64,000 nucleotides of DNA from Patescibacteria group bacterium (GCA_041665345.1 JBAYJA010000001.1:137206-201205), one strand, 5' to 3'; shown: positions 18,133 to 27,821, numbered from the stretch's first letter. Program-made: numbers and translations. The notes: generated from the sequence alone by a model not told the origin.

Positions 18133-18190
18133 TCGCACTTTCCATTGTGCGGGGGCATGGTTCTACTCCATGCCCCCCGCATATTCCTTC

Positions 18191-18264
18191 AAAGCTTTGC
18201 AACGAACTTGGTTGGTTGCAGCGCTTTCATCCAGAAATAGTTCTGGGTGATGCACCTTGAAAAC
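18191..18264 (+). promoter_or_regulatory. Candidate cis-regulatory RNA motif, copy C
   Basis: AAAGC..GCTTT | CATCCAGAA-ATAG-TTCTGGGTG | ATGCACCTTGAAAAC. Confidence 0.55.
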
Positions 18265-18302
18265 ATGCAAGCAAATGAACATATATTTGAGAAAGGAACA
18301 TT

Positions 18303-18917
18303 ATGGTACAGCCAAAAGTGCGACCGCAAGGCAGTTTCGCCTTGGAGACTGTTGATATCAATGGTCGAAATTGGTCGGTGCTACACGCTTCAGACTCAGC
18401 CGGTTTATTGGTCTTTCTGAAAGATCGTAATGCCATTGTGCTGGTCCGGCAGCAGCGTGCGCCCATGGTTTCTGCACACAATCCGGAAGGTTCGATTACG
18501 GAACTTCTCGCTGGTCGGTTCGACAAAGACGAGACGCCAATCCAGTTGCTGGTTCGCGAGGCTTCAGAGGAAGCTGGAATCGCCATTGATGCCAGTCAGA
18601 TCAAAGTACTCAACTTTGGTCACCCGCTTGCCCTCTCAGCCGGCATTATTGATGAACTATGCTGGATTGGTTACGTGGAAATTTCCGATGACCAAATTGA
18701 CCCCAGCGGTAAGCTTTACGGACTGCACGAGGAAGGAGAGTTCATTGACCGGATCATGATTCCGGTTGAGCAACTTGAATCCCTGGTTTGTGAAGATGCT
18801 CGTGTCTTCGGCATGATCCAGTGGTTCCTGCGTTGGCAAATGGAACACCGTCTGCAAGCATTAACAGACCAGCTGGAGAAATTCGAACGCGAGATGAACG
18901 AAACGAAAACGATTTGA
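18303..18917 (+). CDS. Nudix hydrolase, ADP-ribose pyrophosphatase-like
   Basis: Nudix box GRFDKDETPIQLLVREASEEAG; LVRQQRAP; EEGEFI. Confidence 0.88.
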   Translation: MVQPKVRPQGSFALETVDINGRNWSVLHASDSAGLLVFLKDRNAIVLVRQQRAPMVSAHNPEGSITELLAGRFDKDETPIQLLVREASEEAGIAIDASQIKVLNFGHPLALSAGIIDELCWIGYVEISDDQIDPSGKLYGLHEEGEFIDRIMIPVEQLESLVCEDARVFGMIQWFLRWQMEHRLQALTDQLEKFEREMNETKTI

Positions 18918-18926
18918 AGGGAGTGA

Positions 18927-20195
18927 TTGAAGGTGCTTACAACACGCTTTATTCGAAAAGATGAGGCGATCATCCAGTCGTTGCTTGACGTGGACTTCTA
19001 TAAGTTCACGATGAGCCACTTCATTTGGAAGTACTACCGGGACGTCGAGGTAACCTTCGGGATGAAGAACCGTACGAGTCACGTTCGCCTCGCGGAAATT
19101 ATTCCAGAAGGAGCTTTACGTGAGCAGCTGAACTACGTCCGGGATTACCTCAGATTCAACTTGAGTGAAATTTTTTACATGCGAGGTATGGATATCTACG
19201 GGAAGAACATGTTTTCGGAGGATTACCTGGATTTCCTGAAGGCACTCGCCATGAGTGATTATCAGTTACGCGTGGTTGATGGTCAGTTTGATCTACGCTT
19301 CACTTGTCTTTGGCCGGCCGTTACTTTCTGGGAGACAATTTCGCTGGCGATTGCCAACGAGTTGTACTACCTAGAAATCCTGAAGGAAGAAACTCGGTTC
19401 GATCGACAGGCAATCTATGCCGAAGGTATCAAGCGACTCCACGAGAAAATAAAAAAACTCAAGGAGCACCCTGACCTAACATTCATCGAGTTTGGTACAC
19501 GCCGGAGATTTGGCCGAGTTTGGCAGCGCGATGTCGTCTGTGCGTTAGCCGAAGAATTACCACCGACGCAATTCCGTGGTACGTCAAACACAAAGTTGGC
19601 GTTTGACCTTGGCTTAGTTCCCATGGGTACCAACGCGCATGAACTGCAAATGGTAGTTGGCGCCCTCGCTAAGGACGATGCTGCACTTCTGGCTTCCACT
19701 GACAAAGTGCTTGATCAGTGGTGGGAGTTGTACGGTTACGGTCTCTCTATCGCGCTACCGGACACTTTTGGCTCCGATTTCTTCTTTCAAACATTTGGTG
19801 AAGAGCGAGCAAAGAAGTGGAAAGGTGTGCGGGAGGACTCCCGTGATCCGTTTGTGGGCGGCGAGCAAGTTATTCAGTACTACCAGAGTCTAGGTATTGA
19901 CCCCAAGACGAAGCTCTGGTTGCCGAGTGATGGTTTAGACATTCAGAAGATCATCGCGCTTCACAATCAATTTTGTAACCGCATCGGCCTGTCATTTGGC
20001 TGGGGCACAACCCTCACGAATGATCTCGGTTTACCCACGCTCTCTCTTGTCGCCAAGACAATTGAAGCGAATGGCCGACCGTGTGTGAAGCTTTCGGACA
20101 ATTTGGCCAAGGCCATGGGTCCGAAAGATGAAGTCGAACGGTATAAACGCGTATTCGGCTATACGAATACGCATACCGAAGAGTGCAAAGTCTGA
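18927..20195 (+). CDS. pncB: Nicotinate phosphoribosyltransferase
   Basis: SLLDVDFYKFTM, EFGTRRR, GTSN, GTNAHE, LPDTFG, SDGL, FGWGT, VKLSDN. Confidence 0.95.
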   Translation: MKVLTTRFIRKDEAIIQSLLDVDFYKFTMSHFIWKYYRDVEVTFGMKNRTSHVRLAEIIPEGALREQLNYVRDYLRFNLSEIFYMRGMDIYGKNMFSEDYLDFLKALAMSDYQLRVVDGQFDLRFTCLWPAVTFWETISLAIANELYYLEILKEETRFDRQAIYAEGIKRLHEKIKKLKEHPDLTFIEFGTRRRFGRVWQRDVVCALAEELPPTQFRGTSNTKLAFDLGLVPMGTNAHELQMVVGALAKDDAALLASTDKVLDQWWELYGYGLSIALPDTFGSDFFFQTFGEERAKKWKGVREDSRDPFVGGEQVIQYYQSLGIDPKTKLWLPSDGLDIQKIIALHNQFCNRIGLSFGWGTTLTNDLGLPTLSLVAKTIEANGRPCVKLSDNLAKAMGPKDEVERYKRVFGYTNTHTEECKV

Positions 20196-20327
20196 TTTGC
20201 TTGCATGGTATGTACATTCCGGTGGGAGATTTCAACTATCTCCCACCCCTCATTCTAGTTATGCAAGAGTTTGGATAATTGAAGTGAGGAAAACTGATCA
20301 TTATAAACATATTGCACAGGAGGAAAA

Positions 20328-20807
20328 ATGCGCGTCGTATACTGGCTTGAAACCTTTCCACCACCGAGTGACAAATCAATTTTTTTAGCCGGACCTACGC
20401 CACGGCATGAAGGAGTGCAAACCTGGCGTCCAAAGGCGCTGGAAACGTTGGAGCGGCTTGGGTATGACGGCGTGGTCTTTGTACCTGAGTATCGTAACGG
20501 CCAGTTGCCAAAGGTGGATATGGCAGCGTATACGGATCGGATTGACTGGGAAACCAGTGCCCTTGCGCGGGCTCAAGTTATTGCCTTCTGGGTACCACGT
20601 GTACTGGAGACCATGCCAGCCTTCACGACCAATATCGAATTTGGTGAATGGTTCAAGTCCGGCAAAATTGTTCTGGGTACGCCGCCAGAAGCGCGGAAGG
20701 TAAGTTACATGCGTTACCGCGCTGGTCAACATCTGGTGCCGCTGGCAGAAACGTTGGAAGACACGCTGAAACTGGCTTTGCGGAAGCTGGGCGATCTTGC
20801 AAAGTAA
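20328..20807 (+). CDS. Nucleoside 2-deoxyribosyltransferase-like protein
   Basis: SIFLAGPTPR, WR, VFVPE, DWE, FWVPR, TTNIEFG; AGGAGG SD. Confidence 0.85.
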   Translation: MRVVYWLETFPPPSDKSIFLAGPTPRHEGVQTWRPKALETLERLGYDGVVFVPEYRNGQLPKVDMAAYTDRIDWETSALARAQVIAFWVPRVLETMPAFTTNIEFGEWFKSGKIVLGTPPEARKVSYMRYRAGQHLVPLAETLEDTLKLALRKLGDLAK

Positions 20808-20926
20808 AAAGGTTCTTTCGGTGGAGAAGCATTTCTCCACCGTTCCCTCCAGCATCCCACAAGTAGTGGGGGATTGGAGGGAAAGAAAAAAGTTAATTAA
20901 AAACTCAATAGAGAAAGGACATAGTT

Positions 20927-22588
20927 GTGAAAATCGCTTTGCTCCAACTGAATTTTACCGTGGGTGATTTAGAAGGAAACACCACGAAGATTATTGCTGG
21001 CTATCAGCAGGCGAAAGCGCAAGGTGCGCGGTATGCAGTGAGTTCGGAGTTGGCTATCTTTGGCTACCCGCCTCAGGATTTGTTGGAATTTCCAGAATAC
21101 TTGGAACGTCAAGATGCGCAAATTGAACGCCTCCGTCAGGAAGTGAAGGGCGAAACGAGCCTCATTGTTGGCATTGCGGAGCGGAATACCACCGGGACAG
21201 GGAAACCCCTGTTTAACAGTGTGATACACATCTACGATCAACAGGTGCTGGTTATTGGTCGGAAGTGTTTACTGCCGACGTACGATGTATTTGATGAGCA
21301 GCGGTATTTCACGCCTGCCGAACTCCCGCGTCCGATCAGGCGGGATAGGACATCCATCGCCACATTAGTATGCGAAGACATTTGGTACGGTTCTGAATTT
21401 GTCAGCGGTCATCATCTGTACAAAGATGATCCAGTCGGTCACCTTGAGGGTCTGGGTGTGGACTTCCTTTTCGTTCTCAACGGTTCGCCGTACACCTGGC
21501 ACAAAGGTCGGGAGCGGTTTACCCTAGTGCAGAATATCGCACAGCGTTGCAAGTGTAACGTAGTGTACGTCAATCAAGTTGGCGGCAATGACGACATTCT
21601 TTTTGACGGCCGGAGTTTCGTTGTCAATCCCCAAGGGGAATGCATTGGCGCTGCGGAGCCGTTCAAGGAGCAGGTTGTTATAGTCGATATGGACAACCCT
21701 ACTCCGGTTGCGTATCCGTTCGATGATAACCTGCGTGATCTCTACGATGCTTTGGTTATGGCCACCCGTGATTACATTGCGAAAGTTGGTTGTCAGCAAG
21801 GTGTGGTCATTGGCCTTTCTGGCGGTATTGACTCTGCGTTAACCGCGGCAATCGCAGTTGATGCGCTGGGCCCCGACAAGGTTGTAGGCATAACCATGCC
21901 CTCAGTGCTCTCTTCGAGCGGGAGCGTCAGTGACTCTCTGGCTCTCGCCAAGAATTTGGGAATACAGTGTTTCACCGTTCCCATTGGTTGTACGGTTGAT
22001 AGCTACGGGAAAGCGCTGGAGCCGATCATTGGTTGGTACCCAGCAACTGCACGACCGGGTGATGTGACCGAGGAGAACATCCAGGCCAGGACGCGGGGGA
22101 ATATACTCATGGCGCTTTCAAACCGGGTGGGAAAAATCGTTTTGACCACCGGCAACAAATCGGAAGTGGCTGTGGGCTACTGCACGTTGTACGGCGATAT
22201 GGCAGGTGGGTATGCGGTCATTTCCGACATTCCCAAGACTTTGGTGTATGCACTCTCAAGGTACGTCAATCGGTTTGGAGAAATCATTCCCGAAAGTACC
22301 CTCACCAAGCCGCCATCGGCCGAACTTCGACCGGATCAGAAAGACACTGATTCATTGCCGGCGTATGAGGTGCTGGATCCGATTCTGAAAGCCTACAATG
22401 AAGATCGGATGACGGTAGGGCAGATTATCGAGCTTGGTTTGGCGGATGCAGCCACAGTGCATCGGGTCATTCGCATGGTCAACACGAATGAGTTCAAACG
22501 GCGGCAACTTGCACCGGGTCCGAAGGTAACCTCCAAAGCCTTTGGGTCTGGTCGGCGCATGCCCATTGCTGCCAAAATGATTAGCTAG
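20927..22588 (+). CDS. nadE: Glutamine-dependent NAD+ synthetase
   Basis: Nitrilase triad (SELA, K, VCEDIW) plus GLSGGIDS, ENIQAR, TTGNKSE, PSAEL, EFKRRQ. Confidence 0.96.
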   Translation: MKIALLQLNFTVGDLEGNTTKIIAGYQQAKAQGARYAVSSELAIFGYPPQDLLEFPEYLERQDAQIERLRQEVKGETSLIVGIAERNTTGTGKPLFNSVIHIYDQQVLVIGRKCLLPTYDVFDEQRYFTPAELPRPIRRDRTSIATLVCEDIWYGSEFVSGHHLYKDDPVGHLEGLGVDFLFVLNGSPYTWHKGRERFTLVQNIAQRCKCNVVYVNQVGGNDDILFDGRSFVVNPQGECIGAAEPFKEQVVIVDMDNPTPVAYPFDDNLRDLYDALVMATRDYIAKVGCQQGVVIGLSGGIDSALTAAIAVDALGPDKVVGITMPSVLSSSGSVSDSLALAKNLGIQCFTVPIGCTVDSYGKALEPIIGWYPATARPGDVTEENIQARTRGNILMALSNRVGKIVLTTGNKSEVAVGYCTLYGDMAGGYAVISDIPKTLVYALSRYVNRFGEIIPESTLTKPPSAELRPDQKDTDSLPAYEVLDPILKAYNEDRMTVGQIIELGLADAATVHRVIRMVNTNEFKRRQLAPGPKVTSKAFGSGRRMPIAAKMIS

Positions 22589-22611
22589 TTCTGAGTTTTG
22601 TACATTCTTTC

Positions 22612-22646
22612 AAACGCCCCTGGCTTTCCTGGGGGCGTTTTTTTAT
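22612..22646 (+). terminator. Terminator of NAD operon
   Basis: AAACGCCCC..GGGGCGTTT followed by T-tract. Confidence 0.8.
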
Positions 22647-22953
22647 TGACAATTTTTTTGAAAAGCGTAGCCTTGGAAGTGGCCGGTTAAACTACAAAAG
22701 TCAGGCGGACACCGAGGTATGTGTAGGTACTATACCGGTTGGAAACAAAAAGTCGTGAACTCTTGTCCTGTGAATGGAGGGATCTCCACCCCGTGCCGAG
22801 GCCTGGAACGTCTCACGGTCATCACCGCCTGGAAGATGGCGGGTCACTGTTTTGCGGGGGAAATTCGTTTTTGCACTCATTTTGCTGTTTGGGCATCCCT
22901 CGGGGTGCCCTCTTTTTTCAAAGTACATTCACAAGTTATGTTAGAATATGAAT

Positions 22954-23811
22954 ATGAAGGTAGAAAATTTTTTTGGCATAACCAGTATCATTGCCATTTT
23001 GGTGCTAGTTTCTGCATTTACCGCTTCGTACCGTGAGCAGAAGCAGCAATTGCAGCTACTGAACCATAACCCTAGCGTGCAAGTCCTGACGTCGAACGCG
23101 AACATTACCGGGACGAGTATTCTAGATACGGCAACCATAGGCCAGCACAGCACGGCAGGGGATTGCTGGTTGCTGATTCAGGGAAGTGTTTACGACGCCA
23201 CTCAATACCTGCAATTACACCCGGGTGGCCAATCTATTGTTCTACCTTTTTGTGGTGCAGATGCAACCTCGGCGTTTCTGACAAAAGGTGGCCAAGGCTC
23301 ACACTCGCGCACCGCTTTTACCCAGTTGGGTGCGCTATACCTGGGTCAGCTGAACGAGGTCATTGGAAACAGCAATACCAACAGCACCAACACGAACACC
23401 GTGAGTGCGGTGAACACCAACACCGTGACGGTGAATGCGAATACTTCGGCCAGTGTGCCACAACCAAGCAGCACGGTGGTTCTGAATACGGCGACAGTAG
23501 CGAAACATAATACTGCTACCGATTGCTGGCTCATCATTTCTGGGAAAGTCTACGCCGTCAGTGGCTACCTCAGTGCGCACCCGGGTGGTCGTTCCACCAT
23601 TATTCCCTACTGTGGTCGGGATGCAACCCAGGCCTTTGCCACGCAAGGTGGGCAGGGTTCGCACTCCAACTTTGCCAGCCAGCAGCTCAGTGGTTTGGTC
23701 ATTGGCACTGTGGGCAGCACGACCACAACCACAAAAGTGCAGCAAATTGTAACACCATCACCAACTTCGCCCACCACGAATGGGCAGGAAGAAGAAAACG
23801 ATGATGACTAA
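22954..23811 (+). CDS. Membrane-anchored protein with two cytochrome b5-like heme domains
   Basis: Two H..DCW..VY..YL..HPGG..CG.DAT..F...HS repeats and an Asn/Thr-rich linker. Confidence 0.9.
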   Translation: MKVENFFGITSIIAILVLVSAFTASYREQKQQLQLLNHNPSVQVLTSNANITGTSILDTATIGQHSTAGDCWLLIQGSVYDATQYLQLHPGGQSIVLPFCGADATSAFLTKGGQGSHSRTAFTQLGALYLGQLNEVIGNSNTNSTNTNTVSAVNTNTVTVNANTSASVPQPSSTVVLNTATVAKHNTATDCWLIISGKVYAVSGYLSAHPGGRSTIIPYCGRDATQAFATQGGQGSHSNFASQQLSGLVIGTVGSTTTTTKVQQIVTPSPTSPTTNGQEEENDDD

Positions 23812-24118
23812 TACTTTTGTTTTCATGAAAAAGGTGCACCGGTACTTGGTGCTTGGCATCCTTGTGCTGGGTTTGGCAATGGCAATTACCGGACTGCTCC
23901 TGAAATTTCCAGTGATTGCTGCAGACTATCTAACGTTCGTTGACCAGGAGTACATCCGTTTCTTGCACAATAATCTCAGCACGTACTTTTCCGTCGTGTT
24001 TGTGCTCATGATATTCACTGGCATCTGGATGTACTTCTACCCAGATTGGGTAGCCAGGCGGCAACGACGGCAAAACGAGCACAATCATTTTCCGCAACCG
24101 GATTTGCGTAGACCCTAG
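23801..24118 (+). CDS. Small two-TM protein with His pair (PepSY-TM / cytochrome b-like)
   Basis: KKVHRYL...TGLLL...RFLHNN...TGIWMY. Confidence 0.7.
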   Translation: MMTNTFVFMKKVHRYLVLGILVLGLAMAITGLLLKFPVIAADYLTFVDQEYIRFLHNNLSTYFSVVFVLMIFTGIWMYFYPDWVARRQRRQNEHNHFPQPDLRRP

Positions 24119-24220
24119 CGGTGGTTATTGCTTTTTTGCATCTCACTCTGGCATCGCAGAGGGTTTTTTGACATTTAGGTTGTAGCTTGGTAGGGTCTGG
24201 TTATAACAAAGGAGAACAAA

Positions 24221-24430
24221 ATGTTGAAAAAAGTATTCTTACTACTCGGACTCGTTGTCCTGACCAGTACCACAGCGCTTGCTCTTTTGCCAGGTGATAA
24301 ACTTGTGGAACCCTATGTCTTTGATTGGCAAACCTTTACGCTGATTGTGGCTCTGGTAGGGCTCTGCATTTTTCTTTTCGTTATGAAGAGAAAGATAGGG
24401 AAGCGAAATACTGAAATTAAAAAGGAGTAG
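24221..24430 (+). CDS. 69-aa small membrane protein, paralog 1
   Basis: TTGACA promoter, AAAGGAG SD; signal/TM + TM + basic tail. Confidence 0.75.
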   Translation: MLKKVFLLLGLVVLTSTTALALLPGDKLVEPYVFDWQTFTLIVALVGLCIFLFVMKRKIGKRNTEIKKE

Positions 24431-24433
24431 ACC

Positions 24434-24643
24434 TTGAAAAAAGCATTCGTCTTTGTAGCAGGATTGTTGATGCTGAGTTTCACAACCGCGTTTACCCTGG
24501 TGGCGGGTGATTCACCCGCTTCACCGCCAGCCCAGTCTTCAGGATCGAGCTGGGGCGAAGCCATTGTTCTCGTTCCAGTCATTGGGCTCCTTCTTTTTTT
24601 CATCTTTACCAGACAAAAATCTGGAAAGCAGAAACAACCATGA
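24434..24643 (+). CDS. 69-aa small membrane protein, paralog 2
   Basis: AAGGAG SD; same architecture; ends KQP. Confidence 0.72.
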   Translation: MKKAFVFVAGLLMLSFTTAFTLVAGDSPASPPAQSSGSSWGEAIVLVPVIGLLLFFIFTRQKSGKQKQP

Positions 24644-24736
24644 TCATTCACAAAAGCGCCCCTGAGTAATCAGCGGCGTTTTTTTGACACCCCAGGCCGA
24701 ACTCGATAGGATGGATGTAACACAAAGGAGATCAAA

Positions 24737-24946
24737 ATGTTAAAAACAGCACTTATTCTATTTGGGGTTCTTGGAGTGCCCATCCTTTTTGCTTTTTATA
24801 TCTTGGACAATCCTGCGAGTCCGCTAGCACATTTTCTTGATTCCCTGCCATCTGATTGGGGAAGATCGCTGTTCCTTATAGCTATCGTGGGCCTCGGTAT
24901 TTACTTCATCATAACTCATAGAAACGCCAGGAAGAAACAACCGTGA
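24737..24946 (+). CDS. 69-aa small membrane protein, paralog 3
   Basis: TTGACA promoter, AAAGGAG SD; same architecture; ends KQP. Confidence 0.75.
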   Translation: MLKTALILFGVLGVPILFAFYILDNPASPLAHFLDSLPSDWGRSLFLIAIVGLGIYFIITHRNARKKQP

Positions 24947-25008
24947 TCATTCACAAAAGCGCCCCCTCGACACAGTCGGGGCGCTTTTTTCGTCGAATAA
25001 ATTCGTGC

Positions 25009-25623
<615 letters not shown>

Positions 25624-25736
25624 ATGGTAATGGTTAGCGGAGAGTGTCTGTAGTAAAGGCGTGTTGGGCTGGATTGTCAACTCGTGCTTTTTTGGGCGGA
25701 GTTTTCGGGAGCGGGGAGTCATGGTACACTCGGGGT

Positions 25737-26399
25737 ATGAAAAAAGCTTTACGCGTGGTCACGATGCTCGTCTGGCTGGCTATCGCCATTGCCCCAGCCT
25801 ACGTTTTTTTCCAGGAACGGGACGGTTTGGTTTTTCTGGAAGGCCTAACCTTCACAGATGCCTGCCGAGAACTTTTCCCCTTAGTGGGTTTGTATGCCTT
25901 CACCCTGGTGTGGACCCAGGTGCTGTTGGGTTCGATGATGTCCAAGTGGACCAAGTGGGTGGGCTTGGGTTTTGCGCAGCACCGCGTGGTGGGGCCCACG
26001 GTCTTACTCTTCGCGCTTATCCATCCTGTCCTCCTGTTGGTGGGCGTGGGTTGGACTGACTACCTGAACCGTTCATACGTGGAGCCCACGCAGCAGGTCT
26101 TCATCTACTTTGGTTTGACGGCGCTCCTGCTGGTGCTGCTTACTGCCTTATCCGCCCTGCTTCGGACGCGCCCCTGGGTGCAGCGCTGGTGGCGGAAAGT
26201 GCACGTCTTCAACTACATCGTGTTTGCCAGCGCCTGGATTCACTCGTGGAATTTAGGCACCGATATTCAAAGTACCGGCTTACGTTTTCTGTGGATTGGC
26301 TTTGGGATCACCGGCGCCATTGCCATGACTGTCCGCGTGGTGCACCTCTGGCGCCGTCACCTGGCCGCGGCAGTTGACGTCCACCCCACGCAGCCGTAA
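25737..26399 (+). CDS. Ferric reductase-like transmembrane domain protein
   Basis: Six TM segments, QHR..G...IHP and WWRKVH..NY...IH heme-His pattern. Confidence 0.8.
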   Translation: MKKALRVVTMLVWLAIAIAPAYVFFQERDGLVFLEGLTFTDACRELFPLVGLYAFTLVWTQVLLGSMMSKWTKWVGLGFAQHRVVGPTVLLFALIHPVLLLVGVGWTDYLNRSYVEPTQQVFIYFGLTALLLVLLTALSALLRTRPWVQRWWRKVHVFNYIVFASAWIHSWNLGTDIQSTGLRFLWIGFGITGAIAMTVRVVHLWRRHLAAAVDVHPTQP

Positions 26400-26438
26400 G
26401 GTAGGAGGAACAATGTCCATTTGAAGAAAGGAGTAGGG

Positions 26439-26840
26439 ATGATCACCGTCATCAATGCTTTTGCGGTTAGCAAAGGGAAGGTCTTGCTGGTTCAGAAAGG
26501 CGAGTTTTGGATTTTACCCGGTGGAAAATTGGAACCCGATGAAACCGACGGGGAAGGTTTGCACCGGGAATTCCATGAAGAGCTGCCGCTGGCAACGTTG
26601 CACATACAAGTTGCACTCGGTAAGGTTATAGGCCTCACTCCGGGAAGCGGCCAACGGGCTTGTGTCTACATCTACGGTTGCAGTGTTGAAGGTGACATTA
26701 CTCCTGCGGCAGAGATTGCTACAGCTGGATGGTTTACCTTGCTGGAAGCACGACTGTTGCCACTTTCACCAATCACGCAGGCCATCCTTACTCAGCACGA
26801 ATCGTTCCTTCTGGCTTCCAAACCCCTTACGAAATCGTGA
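26439..26840 (+). CDS. Nudix hydrolase
   Basis: WILPGGKLEPDETDGEGLHREFHEEL. Confidence 0.88.
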   Translation: MITVINAFAVSKGKVLLVQKGEFWILPGGKLEPDETDGEGLHREFHEELPLATLHIQVALGKVIGLTPGSGQRACVYIYGCSVEGDITPAAEIATAGWFTLLEARLLPLSPITQAILTQHESFLLASKPLTKS

Positions 26841-27048
26841 GGGGTTTTTCTTCAACGCGCAGTGCGACAAAGCAGCCATTGACAAAAACTATGGCCAGCA
26901 GTAGGCTTTTTTGATGTTTGGCACCTTGAAAAAAGAACGTGGTCATAGCCATTAGATCCTCATCGGTGAGTAGCTAGTGGCTATGACCACTACAGTGGTG
27001 GTTTTTGGCAAACAACAACGGCACATGTGCCAAAACAAGGAGGAAGAC

Positions 27049-27672
27049 ATGTCTTCTTACTTAGAAGGTCAAACCCATCAGTTGATGGACAGACTTGAAG
27101 CAGAAGGCTTCAAACCTCATGACATCACGCTTCTTGGGCAGTCAACGCAACTGCCCGACATTCTCAAGGTACTTCACGGCCGCGCAAAGATCGTCCCGAT
27201 TGCACCTAAGGAAGAAATTCCATTGGACACCATCGTCCACATTGTTCGTTCCATCAAGCCGGTCTACCCCGACTTTGTTAAAAAAGTCATGCATTCAGAG
27301 CTTGAGAAAACCGGTCCGCTTATATACGACATTGCCAGTGCAGTTTCGCTGTGGCTGCACGACAAGCAGAAGAACAGCGGTGTCGTCGACGGCAAAGTCA
27401 TCTACGACTACCTCAAGCAGAACAACATGCTTGCGTCGTGCGGCAATCTGCAAGACGCTCTCGCAATCCAAAAGCTGGGCGTTGCTGCCTTTCAGAAAGC
27501 CTTCGGCAATAATGTCGTGTACTTCTGGAAGTCAGTCGTGCAGTACCGCGATGGCCGCCTGCTCGTCCCGTCCCTTTGTGTGGAGGGTGGCCAGGTCGCG
27601 TTGGGTTGGCGCTGGCTCCGCGATGACTGGCATGACGGCCGGCCCGCGGTTCGCTTCGCAAGTAGCAAATAG
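27049..27672 (+). CDS. Probable DGR target protein (C-terminal variable-region domain)
   Basis: AAGGAGG SD; C-term VP.L...W.WL.DDW....PAVRF with NNC/NNT codons at putative variable positions. Confidence 0.65.
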   Translation: MSSYLEGQTHQLMDRLEAEGFKPHDITLLGQSTQLPDILKVLHGRAKIVPIAPKEEIPLDTIVHIVRSIKPVYPDFVKKVMHSELEKTGPLIYDIASAVSLWLHDKQKNSGVVDGKVIYDYLKQNNMLASCGNLQDALAIQKLGVAAFQKAFGNNVVYFWKSVVQYRDGRLLVPSLCVEGGQVALGWRWLRDDWHDGRPAVRFASSK

Positions 27673-27821
27673 TCCTTAGGTTTTGGAACCTTTGGTCCTT
27701 GGTTTTAGCCCTTTGGACTAACATATAAAAACCCTGCATCTTCATTTCGTTACAAACGAATGATGAATGTGGGGTTTCTTTTTTTGTATAAAAAAGCCCC
27801 AACCGAAGTTGGGGCGGAATC

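Noticed and set aside
3573-22640. Prophage or ICE
   Set aside because: No integrase, structural, replication or conjugation genes in the window.
27049-27672. Complete DGR locus
   Set aside because: No reverse transcriptase, Avd or template repeat seen in the window.
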